Origin: Phoronis australis | Lineage: Eukaryota; Animalia; Phoronida | DNA length: 64,000 nucleotides | Assembly (NCBI GenBank): GCA_002633005.1 | Contig: NMRA01000002.1 | Span: forward strand, 574,044-638,043 | Direction: 5' to 3' | Part shown: positions 1 through 12,300 of the stretch, piece after piece | How the letters are laid out: each line of letters begins with the position of its first letter | How positions within the stretch are numbered: position 1 is the first letter of the stretch | Notes under the pieces: model-generated | Database searches by the model: none | What the model was told of the DNA's origin: nothing | The model's input: only the letters and a program-made list of their open reading frames with translations | Translations under genes and position numbers: made by a program

Positions 1-413
1 TCAGCTCTGTAAAAGATCAATTTTTGTCAAACAGTGTCTAATCACTAGTGTTTACAATACCAACTTCAAAGTCAAGGCCAGTTTCTACAGGATAGGTCTC
101 CAGTCATTGTCTTGTGAACTGACCTCCTTACATATGATGAGGTTGACGTCGATTTCCCATAATCTGTCACTCTAGGTATAACCATAACGAGGTCATTACA
201 AGTTACCAACTGACAGTATTGGTCTTAGAGGCCAAAACAACAAATAGCAACAGAAAATACTAGAAAACTCTCTGGATGATGTAAATCTATTGGGTGAAAA
301 TTGTATTGGTATGTGAAAAAAAATTATGGCCAATATGACGAGACTTGGTGCCAAAATACTTTCTTCCTGTTGAAGACGGAAAACACGAGTGCTCCATTTC
401 ATGTTTCCTGGTG

Positions 414-3400
414 CTATGAAAAGTTGTACTCTTCAAGAAATTTGTCAAAGTCTTTGTCAGAAAACACAGTGCCCTCATTTTTGTTAACACTGTCTACTTC
501 GACTCTCCTCTTCCTTCTGTTATGTTTTGAAATCTGCAATAAAAGAAATAAGTACACTGTTAACGGCAACTCCTACGCAGGACCTGTACAAGTCTGAAAT
601 TGCTACTATGTATGTATATGGGGACAAGCAATTTATAAGACTGTTAAACTACCAAGTCGTGTTCATTAAACATGTATTAATGAAGTTCTACTACCATGTT
701 AACAGTATTTCAACAAAAGGTGCATCCACATTATTTTTTAAAAACATGGACACAAAAGGCATAGGAAACAAGTGCTGTAAAATCCACAGTACTGACATTC
801 CTGTGGAGTTAGCTATAGCCTAAAGATGGCGCAATTTGCAACACATCACACTTGATACCCAAAAATATGATGGGACTCATTGACCTTAATCACTCGTTAC
901 AATGAAACCTGTCCTCACTTCAAGGCAATCTTACAGCAAAAATAGCTAAAAAGAATACAAGCCAAATAAACCCATTATATGCAACACAAAAAAGTACAAA
1001 CAATGCTATCATTAACATATACCCCCATTCTGCAGTTATAAAACAAAAGAAACTGGTTATAAATGTAGGACACGTTAACAATTTATGCTATCCAGATCCA
1101 ATCAGTACAGATCCTTATTAACACTTAGCACAAGTTTGTAGCACGGAATGCCACTAGAAACACTAGACAAGATGGAAGAACTCCTTCCAAAAGCTGTACC
1201 AGTAGTTCACTGCCCTGAAATGACACTATCACATTCCAGAGAAGCACAACGATGTGGAATGTGGTTGATATGATGCATAACTGCCTGATTTGTGCTACTT
1301 GTAGGAGCAACATGTTGGAGATTGCTTACTTTGTCCAATACGTCAGGATGGGCATGTGTTCTTGTATACGCCTGCAAGCACCGGAGACTTTCTTCTGTCA
1401 TATCTTGAGGTAAATTTTTTTGGTAGTCCTCTGCAAAAAATCAAATTAGGAAATGCGAACTGTAATTATAGTTTGGAAAACATACAAACTATATTAAAGA
1501 AAATGCATCATATACATACAGTACACAGGAAAGTAATCAGACAAAATACTGTGTCAGCGACAAAACAGGTATTAAACTAGTCATGACTGAATAATCTAAT
1601 TACAATGATCAAGGGGGAAATCAACAATTGCTCGGACTTCAAAACCAATTGCCCGGACTTCAAAACCATCTGGATGGACTGCAAAACAGAATGAATGGTG
1701 TTCTAACTTGGTGGTTGCACCTCCAAATGAGATGGCCACACCCAAAAAACTGGATGGCCGGACCTAAAACGGGTTGGTCAGTGCTCAAACTCAATGGTGG
1801 AACAAATCGCGATTTTGAGCAAAACGCACAAGTTCGAAGAATAAACACTAGAAGTCACTTGAATCCTTCGAGACATTCAAAGCGAGTCTCTGAGGAAGTA
1901 CAGCCATCATGTTTGATCTCCTGCCAACTGCTTATAACACCGGCCATCGTGTTTTGGTCCCAGCCAACTAATTTTTTTGGATAAGGCTATCGCGTTTTGA
2001 AATTCTGACAACACGTTTGAACACCAGCCATAATGTTTTGCAGTCCAGCCGACTGGTTTTGAAATCCGGGCAAGTGGTGTTGAAATTCGACCAATTGTTG
2101 ATTCCCCCCTTGAGAGTTCACCATGTAAAAGAGAAGTTTAAAGAATTGCAAATAATCTTTCGATTTGTATTAATAGCAGAATCCAAGTATTGTCACTGAC
2201 AAAAAAACTATTTAGACTAGTTTAATTTTGCTAATGAGTATATCTCAGGCTTCCATGCACTATTATATTCAATAAAAACATTTACCACAATAACATGAAG
2301 CAGCTGATAACCTACCTATCGAGGCAAATAGTAACTTTTCATTTAGATACCCAGTCGTCATGAAACTAGTCTTATCCTAAACCTTACTCAGATGAGAAGA
2401 GATTTCAGAGGTCTATTTCATGAAAAAGAACTTAAACTTGGTCCTTGACAACACAAAATTATTTCTAAAAATAATTAAATCTCACTTGAGCAAAAGTGCA
2501 AAGTCTATGAGAATATACACAAAACTACTAATTACTGAGATAATTTCTATAAAATATTTATACACTGTGATGTGATCATAGTTGAATTGACCAAACCTTT
2601 ATTCAGAAATTTTGAAATGGGAGCGTAAGACTAAATTTATGTCTTAAGTAACTTTCACAAAACAGAGCTTCAGACGACATGTCAGTGAGTTATTGCTTGC
2701 ACATTGAATAATCCACTGTTGAGCCAAGTTATTAAACCTGAGTCCAGGGCTGAATTTTTGTACTCGAAATTGAGCTAGAAAATATTTTCAGCAATTCTCT
2801 TTCTGCTTTTCATGCAAACTCAAGATAAGTATGTACTATTCTGTGCTCAATTAAATTATGGTGTACGAGCATGACTTTCCAATGTTAGCTTGCAAGTGAT
2901 GACTACAGTATTGAAGCTATAATTTTGAGTCTGAACTCAACATTCTGAGTATTTACCAGAGTTTGTACCTCATATTAAGGGGTCATCACGTGCAAGCTTG
3001 GACTAGACACTCCTCGGTAATGGTCGGATGTAATTTGTCAGAGTTTTGAGAACCAGTTTCTCCATTGAATAAGGGACATCAAACTGGTTCTCAAAATACG
3101 GGCATGTTATATCCGACTATTGCCCACTCCTCTGCATAAACGACAAAGTACTCGAGGACTTAATAATAAAAGACACCTCTCTTCAGTTCGTACAAAAGAA
3201 GAACAAAAAATGTGAGAATAAATTTCAGGGATTGTGTTTTTCCCCAACTCAGAAATCACGTCAGCCCGCATCTAACCTGAGCAACGAACAAGCTGAGAAA
3301 GTTCCATAATGGTATGAGAAACAAAACCTACAGTTATTTCCTTTTGACAAAATGCAAGTTTACAGCACCTTTAACTCACCCAAGGCAGACTTGATTTTCT

Positions 3401-6400
3401 TGTTTTTCACAGTAAGTTTCGTTTTGTGAGTTTTCTGCAGCACTTTCCTCAGTTCCTTCTTCACTCCTACTTTATTTGTGCTGATCAGTTTCATGGGGTT
3501 GTTAGACTTTTTCTTCTTTTTCTTAACTGTTGGCTCTACAACAGATGGAACAGAGCACAATTTTACTATCAAAGCCTTCAAATGACAGGTGAACCGTACA
3601 TCAATGTGATATCATAACTAGGACAATTACTGCAAAAATTCTACAGTTCGGGACACAGTATGGTCGACAGGTGAAATTAGATTTTGCATTTATTCTCAAC
3701 AAAAACAACTTGTAAGAACAACATCACTGTGTAAGCCACAGGTCTACACAGACGATATTATAACCCCATAAAAAGTATCTCACATCAAAATACAGTGAAT
3801 AACAGCTACATCGCCAGCGGAGGAGCTACATGATGCCTATGGCAAGAAAAGAATGTGTAGTGAAGATTTTCCCAATAAATAATACATTTTGAAGCTGAGG
3901 GTATGTAAGAATTAATAGTGATTTTAACTTTGATGGGACTTTTTGTCATGGAAAGGGAATTTTCAGACCTGGTGAGGGTAACTTTGCGTTATTTAATTTT
4001 ATGCTTTTATTTTTTCCCCTAGAAATGTGAAATTCATTCCCCCAATAGGGAGAATTGCTCCAGATCAAGGGAATTTGAAAGCCTATTTTCAAACACGAAC
4101 AAGTTTACAAAACAACACAACTGTCACTGACTAGCCAACAGTTTAATTGTTACATTGATGACATTGAGTGCAAGCGTATGGCGGTCATACAGATTAATCA
4201 CATGGGGAAATTATCCTGAGAAACTATTATGCACCACCCCAAACTCATTGTCATCAAGTGAAATTCAGATAACTGACACAAAACTATAAATCACTGGCAG
4301 TAATTTGGGAACTTGCAGTAGATTCAGTTTGGCACAGGCATCACCAACCCGTGCCAAATTGAAGTGTGCCAAATAAATTTAGCATCCGTTTGGGTACACA
4401 GTAACCACCGTTTCGATTGGTCTTTGAGACGGTGAAGCTTCTATAGGCACTTCATACGTTGGAAGCTATTCGGCAAACTCTCACAAAAAGTCATGTTTCT
4501 ATATAAATAGCTGTTGGTATAGCCATAGAGCGACACCTTAGGTAGGGAGAACAGCATCAAAAATGTTCAAAAATGCACATGTACGTATACACCATTGGAA
4601 AGCTCTGCACGAGACCAAGAGAACTGTAAAAAAAATTTCAATTTGGACTTAAGGTTCAGGAAAAAATATCATTTTTGTTTCAAAATTTTTGGTAAAAATC
4701 CTGTCAAATTGAATTTGCGAATGTAAAAAATTATGGTTTCAAAACTACGTAATGTAAAAAGACATGTGATGCATCATTTTAAAGAACTTTTATGACAAAT
4801 AATTTGCCAAAAACATTTTGACTGGTCATTCCTGTACAAACATATTGACCTTTAAGTCAACAAAGCTGACAAAGTAAAGTCACTACATACAATTTTGCAA
4901 TTTCAAATTTGGCATAAAATAAGAATTATTCAAGGAAAAAAAAGGTATCATTTTAAAGCTTTTTCATCAGGGAAGTTGAAATTTGCCGAACATTCTTTCC
5001 AACCAGGAAATTCAATGTTGTTGGCTGCGCAGCTGACTTCGACTGCTTTATCAAGGTTTTCACATTCTCTGCCAATTCCTCAGGTGACAAATTAACTTGA
5101 CGTGTATTCTCCACCTTGGTAAATTGATAAGTTGTAGGGCAGGCTGATTCAGGACATGTTTCCGAAAGTTTAACTGGGCTTTCAAAGCACTGGCCTTGTT
5201 TTTGATGGTCTTCAACCCTTTCAGTCTCCTTTCCACCTCTTCTTCTGTCTGCCACAGTCCCCATACAATCATTTCAGTTGTGAATTACAACAGCTGACGT
5301 AACTTCTTTGCCATAGCCTGCTCCTCCTTTCTCTCTCACTCTCTCTCCCATTATCTCTCTTTTCCTTCTTCTGGTCTCACTTTCCCTGCTCTCAAACAGC
5401 TGCCTTGTTGCCCTCACATGGCTTCTAGCTCCATCAAGAAGTTTTGCTGTCTCTTCGTCAGATTTGGTGTGCAACCACTGGTGGGTCTTGTTATGGCAAT
5501 ACATGATGTAACTTTCTGCGCACAGACTACTAACAGCCGGCATTTCCCTCAGAATTCGGTCAAAATGACCAAACAAAGATTCTGGGTATTTATTGTGCTT
5601 GGGTAGGCCGACTGTTTCCCTCCGGAGGTATTCCACTTCATCCTCAGGCAGTGTGCACCACTTCCCACCTTCAAGGTGATCCGCAAACGATCACTGCACA
5701 ATTACAGACAAGGCTGACAACATGCATCCTAATATCACCTTGTTCCCATGGTGCTACCAGGCTGGCGAAGTTAGGGCTGGCTACTAAATGACAAAACCAA
5801 ATATCCCACCATAAAATCTTCAACCCTGGTGCTATACTGACAGATGAAACTCAGCACTTCCTGATAGTATGTCGAGGCATCTAGAATGTGGATACGTTTG
5901 TCTTCAATGATGGTTCAGATGGGAGAGGTCATGAGATGGCAGATGAGACCAAGAGCTTTGCAGTCAGCCAGATACTTGGGAATGTCAAGGTCAATTTTCA
6001 CTGGTTGAAGAAGTCCATTTGAGTCACTGGCAGCAAGATAATTCTTGAGATGTCAAAAAATGAATAAAAGAGTAGCGGCATTGGAGAATAGGATGTTGAA
6101 ACGGTTTCCACGATAGGGTTCTATAGGAAAAGATCGAAAACCATGGTTGGTCAGAAACTCTTGAGTGAAGACAGTAAACTCGTAGTGACAACCATTCTTC
6201 CTGTCAGCTCCTCTTGCGATGGCATTTGAAGCTGTGCGAATGAGCCGTGATGTGTCAGATTTGGACGACCTCAATTAAGATAAGTTCAGAATAGGAAATG
6301 AGTCGTGGAAGAAGCCTTTGTGTATTTCAAGTAAAGATGAGGATGCAGCCTCTGCCAAAAAATTCAATCACTTGTGGAAGGATGCCTCTGCGATATTCAA

Positions 6401-8149
6401 ACAGTAGTTTGTTGAATTCCATTAATTTTGTGTCGCAGCTTATCAGACATGGTAGCATTGATGTTGAGTTGAAGTTTCTTTACTGTTTGTTATGATGATG
6501 ATGAGACTGATGCTGTTTCGATGTCCACCAAAATTTCTTAAAATACTTGAAGTGTGTCTTGTGATGATTTGGTGACGAGTTGGTGAAGACCAAGGGTGTA
6601 CATGTCGCCAGCGACATCACTGATGTGGAAACCCTGCTACTTCTTGCTGAACTTTGATGTTTTGTCTGAAAGCAGACCGAAAGAAAAAGATTTGTCAAGA
6701 CTCAATAACCTCAGCAAAGAGCGACTGTGATAGCAGAAGACGCATGACATTCCACGAGACACGATGATAGTAAACGGATAAATAGGAGTGAAATTATAAG
6801 GACAAAAATAAGGAAGATAATAACAACTGGTTTGGTCCACAGCGACTTCCAGGGTGAGATTTATGAACAATCTAGGCAAACCTCAATTGTTTTGTTAAAA
6901 ACTACTTGTCCAATAAGTTTATCGGAAGCATGCATATTTTTTCATAGTAGTGGATCACAAAGTCTTGATAACACAGGACTGGATTAGAACTGTACAGTTG
7001 TAATATATTTTTATTTTACAAATTAAAATGTTTTCATTTTCTATCTTGACCTAAATTCTGACTGAACTATCTTGGCCAAGAAGGCAAAGTATGGGTGTGG
7101 CCCTGTCTTGCAATAAGCCAACCCAAGTCTCAGTGGCCTGACCAACAAAAATGGGAGGCAAAATAGAAAAAGAATCATTGTTCTCACGAAGAGAAATTAC
7201 GTTTTAGTTCTCTTTTACATTGAGTTTTCATCGGGAAAAGCTGAAGTGCTTCAGTGTATGAACCAAACGTTCAACACGATTTGCAGGAACACCCCTAGCG
7301 GCAGTACCCGAACTACGGAGTGAGTCAGAAATACGCCAGATTGTCAGAAATTGACGAAGTGTGTTTTTACAACAAGTATTTGAAATAGTGCATTACTGAA
7401 TCCTTTAGGGCGGAATAAAATTCATTGTGTTCGCAAATTAGAATATACGCTAATAAATTTAGGTCGAAGCTGAAGGTCTCAGGAACAAGCAACTTTTTCA
7501 ACTTTTAAGTGCAGGAAAGTGAAAACTACTTACGTAATCGTGTTCGCGAGATTTCTTTCTATAAATTGACGAAGTTTCAGGTACAAATTCGAGACTTTAG
7601 TCTTCTCCCGAGTTGAAAACCAAATAGCAGTCTATTTTACCGGCCACCATTTTGCTCTGAAAAGTCGGTCACGCTGCTGCAAAAAAACTCGTTCAAATGG
7701 ATTTTGCGACAAAAAAAGACTGTCCTATAGGCTATAAGTTAAATAAAGCAACATGCTATTTTATACTTTAGAATAATTTTCATTCACATTGATTACATAT
7801 TTGAGTGATCTTTTTCCGGTTGTAATGTGAGAATTCTACATGGTGACAGATACGCGTAGCAATTCGATAAGAAATGCTGCCCTCGCTACCTAGGCAGGTT
7901 TGGGCCGTCGATGTCTTTAATTCCTTCCAAATACTCTCGTAAATAATTTTTTTCAAGCAATCTCCTGTTCGGCACTTGTCGGTTAAAACGTTCCCTGCTT
8001 TTGAGAACCAGCCAATCACTGAATAACGGGCCCATTAAACTGAGTGATTGCCCGGTTTTCAACATCAACACACACGTGACAAACAGCAACCTACCTGAAA
8101 TGTCATCTTTGAACATATCAAGACCTCTTCTGACGAGTGAGGCAGACAT
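414..8149 (-). CDS. RPS19BP1: Active regulator of SIRT1 / 40S ribosomal protein S19-binding protein 1 (AROS), 143 aa, 4 coding exons
   Basis: Exons (minus): 8149-8095 MSASLVRRGLDMFKDDIS; 3535-3380 EPTVKKKKKK...KIKSAL; 1430-1330 EDYQKNLPQDMTEESLRCLQ...VLDK; 533-414 ISKHNRRKRR...EGTVFSDKDFDKFLEEYNFS*. All GT-AG, phases 1,1,0, total 432 nt. Termini match recalled human AROS (MSAALLRRGLELL...KSALDEY...EGTVFTEEDFQKFQQEYF). Confidence 0.9.
1609..2113. mobile_element. MITE with ~100-bp terminal inverted repeats built from 21-bp subrepeats
   Basis: Left tcaagggggaaatcaacaattgctcggacttcaaaacc... is the imperfect reverse complement of right ...gaaattcgaccaattgttgattccccccttga; subunit ggacttcaaaacca recurs at 21-nt period. 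Lies in AROS intron 2. Confidence 0.8.
3019..3121. repeat. Short palindromic dispersed repeat (ttttgagaaccag...ctggttctcaaaa family)
   Basis: Inverted arms ttttgagaaccagttt / aaactggttctcaaaa plus outer arms gtcggat / atccgac. Related copies at ~7999-8062, 14136-14213, 21499-21563 and 35828-35910. Confidence 0.7.
4950..6750 (-). mobile_element. Degenerate DDE-type transposase-like coding remnant in AROS intron 1
   Basis: Colinear frameshifted, stop-containing segments: LLSDKTSKFSKK*QGFHISD...YTLGL..LVTKSSQDTL, INATMSDK, RLIRTASNAIARG, YRGNRFNILF, KALGLICHLMTSP, DHLEGG, PKHNKYPESLFGHFDRILREMP, NKTHQWL, GLWQTEEEV...ALKAQLNFRKHVL. Acidic motif spacing fits an RNase H-fold D-D-E triad; superfamily not resolved. 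Confidence 0.65.
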
Positions 8150-8584
8150 GGTTCCACACGGGTACCTAGAATTGTGATGAATGAGACAAATTACGATGTG
8201 TGCTAAAACAACAAATGAAACATAAAACGATGCGGTTCAATGAAAGTTTTACTTCGGAGGAACGAAACGGAAGTACAAAAAGAAAAATGCCTTCTGAAAT
8301 AGAGAGCTACGTTCTTTCGCAGCGCCTCGTTGTGGGGCGCATTACTTAGTGGGTCAACGCTAAACCCGGTCGGATTGTCTCCACACGAGGTATTTTTAGA
8401 CAGAAAAGCTTGAAATCGTCTTACAATGTCCGGTATCAAACCGAAAGTAAACCACAGTTTCTATTTTTGGTCTCCTGTCTCGTAAATCATCTTTTGTAGA
8501 ACTATTTTTGTGCGGACTCAGGAAATTCCGACGACTGTTCGGTACCTGAAATCGCTTGCAGATGGTTTTTGGAACATCCACGAG
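8150..8584. promoter_or_regulatory. Putative bidirectional promoter / 5'UTR region for RPS19BP1 and ZCCHC7
   Basis: CpG-rich relative to the introns and located between divergent genes; ETS-like ACGGAAGT near 8267. The ZCCHC7 ATG directly follows a splice acceptor, so a non-coding first exon is implied; candidate donor GAG|GTGACG at 8584/8585. Confidence 0.5.
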
Positions 8585-9329
8585 GTGACGCGCAAGTCAG
8601 CGGACACATGGAATGGATGACCAGAAGACTGAAGTTCAATTGTAGAACGCTTTTTTTTATTGATTCGAGTATCATTTAAAAGGTGTGTTGATTGACCACA
8701 ACCAAGACATTATTTGGAACATAGTTCTCATGGTAATAATAATCTGTCTGACGTCACCAGGATTAAAACATGGAATATTCGAAAGTCTACTATAAATTTT
8801 GTGCCATCTCAGACTGTGATCAGTTGTTTTGTTTTGTGATCGAATTGACAGTTTGTGGTAGCCTATTCCATTCCATGACCAGATATTCGACATTTTAACA
8901 AAATTAACTTTTTAATCAATCTATTATGTTTTCATGATGATACATGACAGAACTGTGGAGATACTGGAGTCAATCGATTGTTTATGATAGCAGACACTCC
9001 TCTGCAATCTTTTTACTCCAACCAGTTGATCCTGCATTAATGTTATCATAGACTGTCAGATTCGCACCTGTGGTATTCTTTGTGGGATTTCCAGACGAGG
9101 CACTACTTTCTGGTCAGTGAGTAGCCTACATACTTGCCGGAAGTAGCATTGCAGCCAACAGAGTTGGTTGTGGCTTCAATGTACACAAGTTAAACATTTT
9201 GTATATTGAGACTGACAGTCCAAGTACTATTATAGTCTATGATGTCATTTACCATTGGTATCCGTAACAAATATACTGTCATTGTTTTGATCAACATGTA
9301 TTGTACATTTAATTTCACTTTTATTTCAG

Positions 9330-12300
9330 ATGAACTTTGCATTTGATGGAACTGGTGATTGCGACAGTGATGCGACGGACCTTGAAGAGTTGGAGATTGC
9401 ATTATACGGACAGATACATCATGAGCAGAATGGAGATCTTGACGAATCTCATGGTTCGACAAATCTATTTAAGGTTGAGGAGACGACTAAACATAATGAT
9501 GGTGATGAGCCATTCTCCGATTGCATTATGTTTGATGGAAAGCCTAGTCAGACGTTTGTTTTCGGGCATTCCCCTTACACTGCTCTGGCTGCTAAGGATG
9601 ATGGAGTCAAAAAACCCAGGCTAGATGAAGTGTCAAGAGAGTCTGACAGTAAAAAGGGAAAGAAGAAGAAGACGAAGAAGAAAAAGAAAAAGAAAAAGAC
9701 CGTTGAATCCAATAAGCCACTCAATGTTGATGATTTGGTAAGTTTGGCAGGACACATGTCGTGAGAGTCCGTTGTGCTGGCAGTCCTGTTGCAGTTTGAC
9801 TTTTCTTTGCTGGGTTCGTTTGCTTTTCAGCTTATTTAATGTAAAGGTTTCAAGAAAAGAGTTCTCTGTTGAATTGCGTCATTTTCAAATTGTTTGTAAG
9901 TAACAAAATTTGCAAAGTAAATGCAATTATTTTTGCCAACAATTGGATGATCACGGTCAGACTCGAAATCATGTTTTACAAACAATATGACAAGGTGTGT
10001 GATTAGGGTATATACATGTTTATCTTCCCAGGCTCGTCCAGATATTGGTGCGGGGGAGTACTTTATATTTTTTATTTGATGATATTGCTGCAAGTGGTAC
10101 TACATACCTAGCGGTAAGGTCTACCGTACGGAACTGTGTCTACTGAAAGACTTTAAGTTTGATGTCATGTTGTATACTTGGACATTAGTCTCTTGACAAA
10201 CAAACACGTTCCTGTAGCGTCATTTAAAGTAGTTATGTATAATAATCTTTGGGTTGTTTGTCACTCAACCAGATGTATCCAATTCTCGTATGTACCTAGA
10301 GGGCACACACTCTGTCGCATTACCGTCTGCTTATTTTCTGTGTGTTTTTACTGAATCGGCGTGGCACATTTGATGTACTGACGGGAATGATAAACATGTT
10401 TATTTTTACCTGGCCTAATCATTTGTTTAATTTCAGTTCATACCCTACATCGGATCAGACGAGGAAGAGTTTGTTGTGATTGACAGCATAGGAGGTGACG
10501 ACAACGACGACATAACCTTGGCAAATGTCAATACCAATCTCGCACTAAACTGCGATGAACTTGATGATGTAGAGGAGATGAATATGACTTCAATTCACAA
10601 CACAATGTCTGGTATGGCTCTGCAACACCCTCTGTGGGTTGGACACATAACATTAAGTGATTGATCAACCATAAGATTCAGATGACCCAGTCAAAAAATT
10701 CATGTAATCAATGCTGCTACATTTTTACTTCATTTGACCCGACTAAGCTATTGAGATTATGGGTGTCACCTTGGATGATAATTTGTTGCAAGAAATGGTG
10801 CTAAAGGTTTAAGATTCATCTGCTTCGTTTGTTGGTTATCTTCTTGTATTCCTTATAGGTTAAAGGGACATTATTGGGATTACTGCTGAAAACTTCAATT
10901 TTGAGATTAATTTTGGATGGGATAGACTTGTTGAAGTTATTAGCTTTGATCAGGGCTATAAAACAACAAAATCAGACTAAACTGGTGTATTCTACCCCAC
11001 CTGGTGGCCATTTTTGATACTCATCAATTCCTCTAGAGGCATACAATTTGTGGTACATTCTTGTGCCCATTTCAACAATTTTCTTTGTTCTATTTTAGAT
11101 AAAGGCTGGCAGATTGACGATAAGGACCGCTACAGTGATTCCAAAGTGAAGAATCGTTATTACACGGCATTCAACGTGCACTGTCATAATTGTGACCAGA
11201 AGGGTCACTTGTCCAAATGCTGTCCCTTACCAAAGGTTGGTTCCACATTACATCTGCCTACTGCATGTGACAAATATGGATACATTAATTATCATACATT
11301 AGTGTAAAATCTCACCAATTTCGGAGACAAAAATAATCGGCAAATTTTCATGTTTTTTGTTTTTCAAGGGTTTCAGACCTTGTTGTGAATCTCCAGATTT
11401 TTTGAGACATTGTCTGATAGTTGGTAAGGTATAGAACTTGATGTAGAAAAGCATTAATTTGATGCCACATATCTTTCATGGAAGGGGAGAAAATGAAATT
11501 TCACTTGTCTGCGCCATAATGTGTCCGAAATTGGTGAATTTTTACCGTGCCTGTTTTTGCAAGTCGAGTCTTTCGAGTGAAATTTATTTCAAAGGCATAT
11601 TTTGATGTAGTTAACTCCAAATACAACTAATGAAGTTTAACATTTTGTGCATCTAAGTAACAGTGGCATTGAAGAAGGGCAGTTTAGCCTGGACCCTATG
11701 CCATTAATAATTGTACTGACATTGATGTCGTACTGTATACATTAAAATGTAGTCTGTGTTTAGTTCCGGTAGTCTGGTTTAACAGTTACAGTTACTTAAT
11801 CGTTAAATCTCTGATTTTGTATAAAAAAATTTGCCGAAAAAGCTAATTTTTTTCCTTCAAACAATGGAAAATTACCAATAAATTTTTATGACATCTACAC
11901 AGTACAAACCATATAAAATCACCGATTTCTTATCAAAAACACAAAAAAAAACAACCCCATGAGTCAAACAGTGGTAAAATTAGAACACCTGCAAACGCTA
12001 TCTGATGATATGTTAATTAGCTGAACTTGAGTTACGAGCATTTATTGGTCGAAACATATTTCGTAAAATCGGGACAACCAACCACTGCTCTAGTCATCCT
12101 CCACTGGGTTTAGTGTGGAAAGTCGTCAGATATTGGTACTCATTTTCCCTTGGTTTCTGGTATTATAAGGAATGGTGAGGTGTTGCGTTTGTGGTGGTTG
12201 TGACAACGTAGTATTTGACCATGTCGTGGCTCTTTTCATTTTCCTGCGGGACATCAGAGAAGCACAGATATGACACAAGTTTGTTCAAGAAACTTGCATG

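Noticed and set aside
1628-1984. 118-aa ORF with heptad-like repeats
   Set aside because: Lies wholly inside a MITE; the periodicity comes from 21-bp TIR subrepeats.
7886-8094. Continuation of the MSASLVRRG ORF as a single-exon protein
   Set aside because: Read-through past the donor at 8094; the spliced model gives full AROS.
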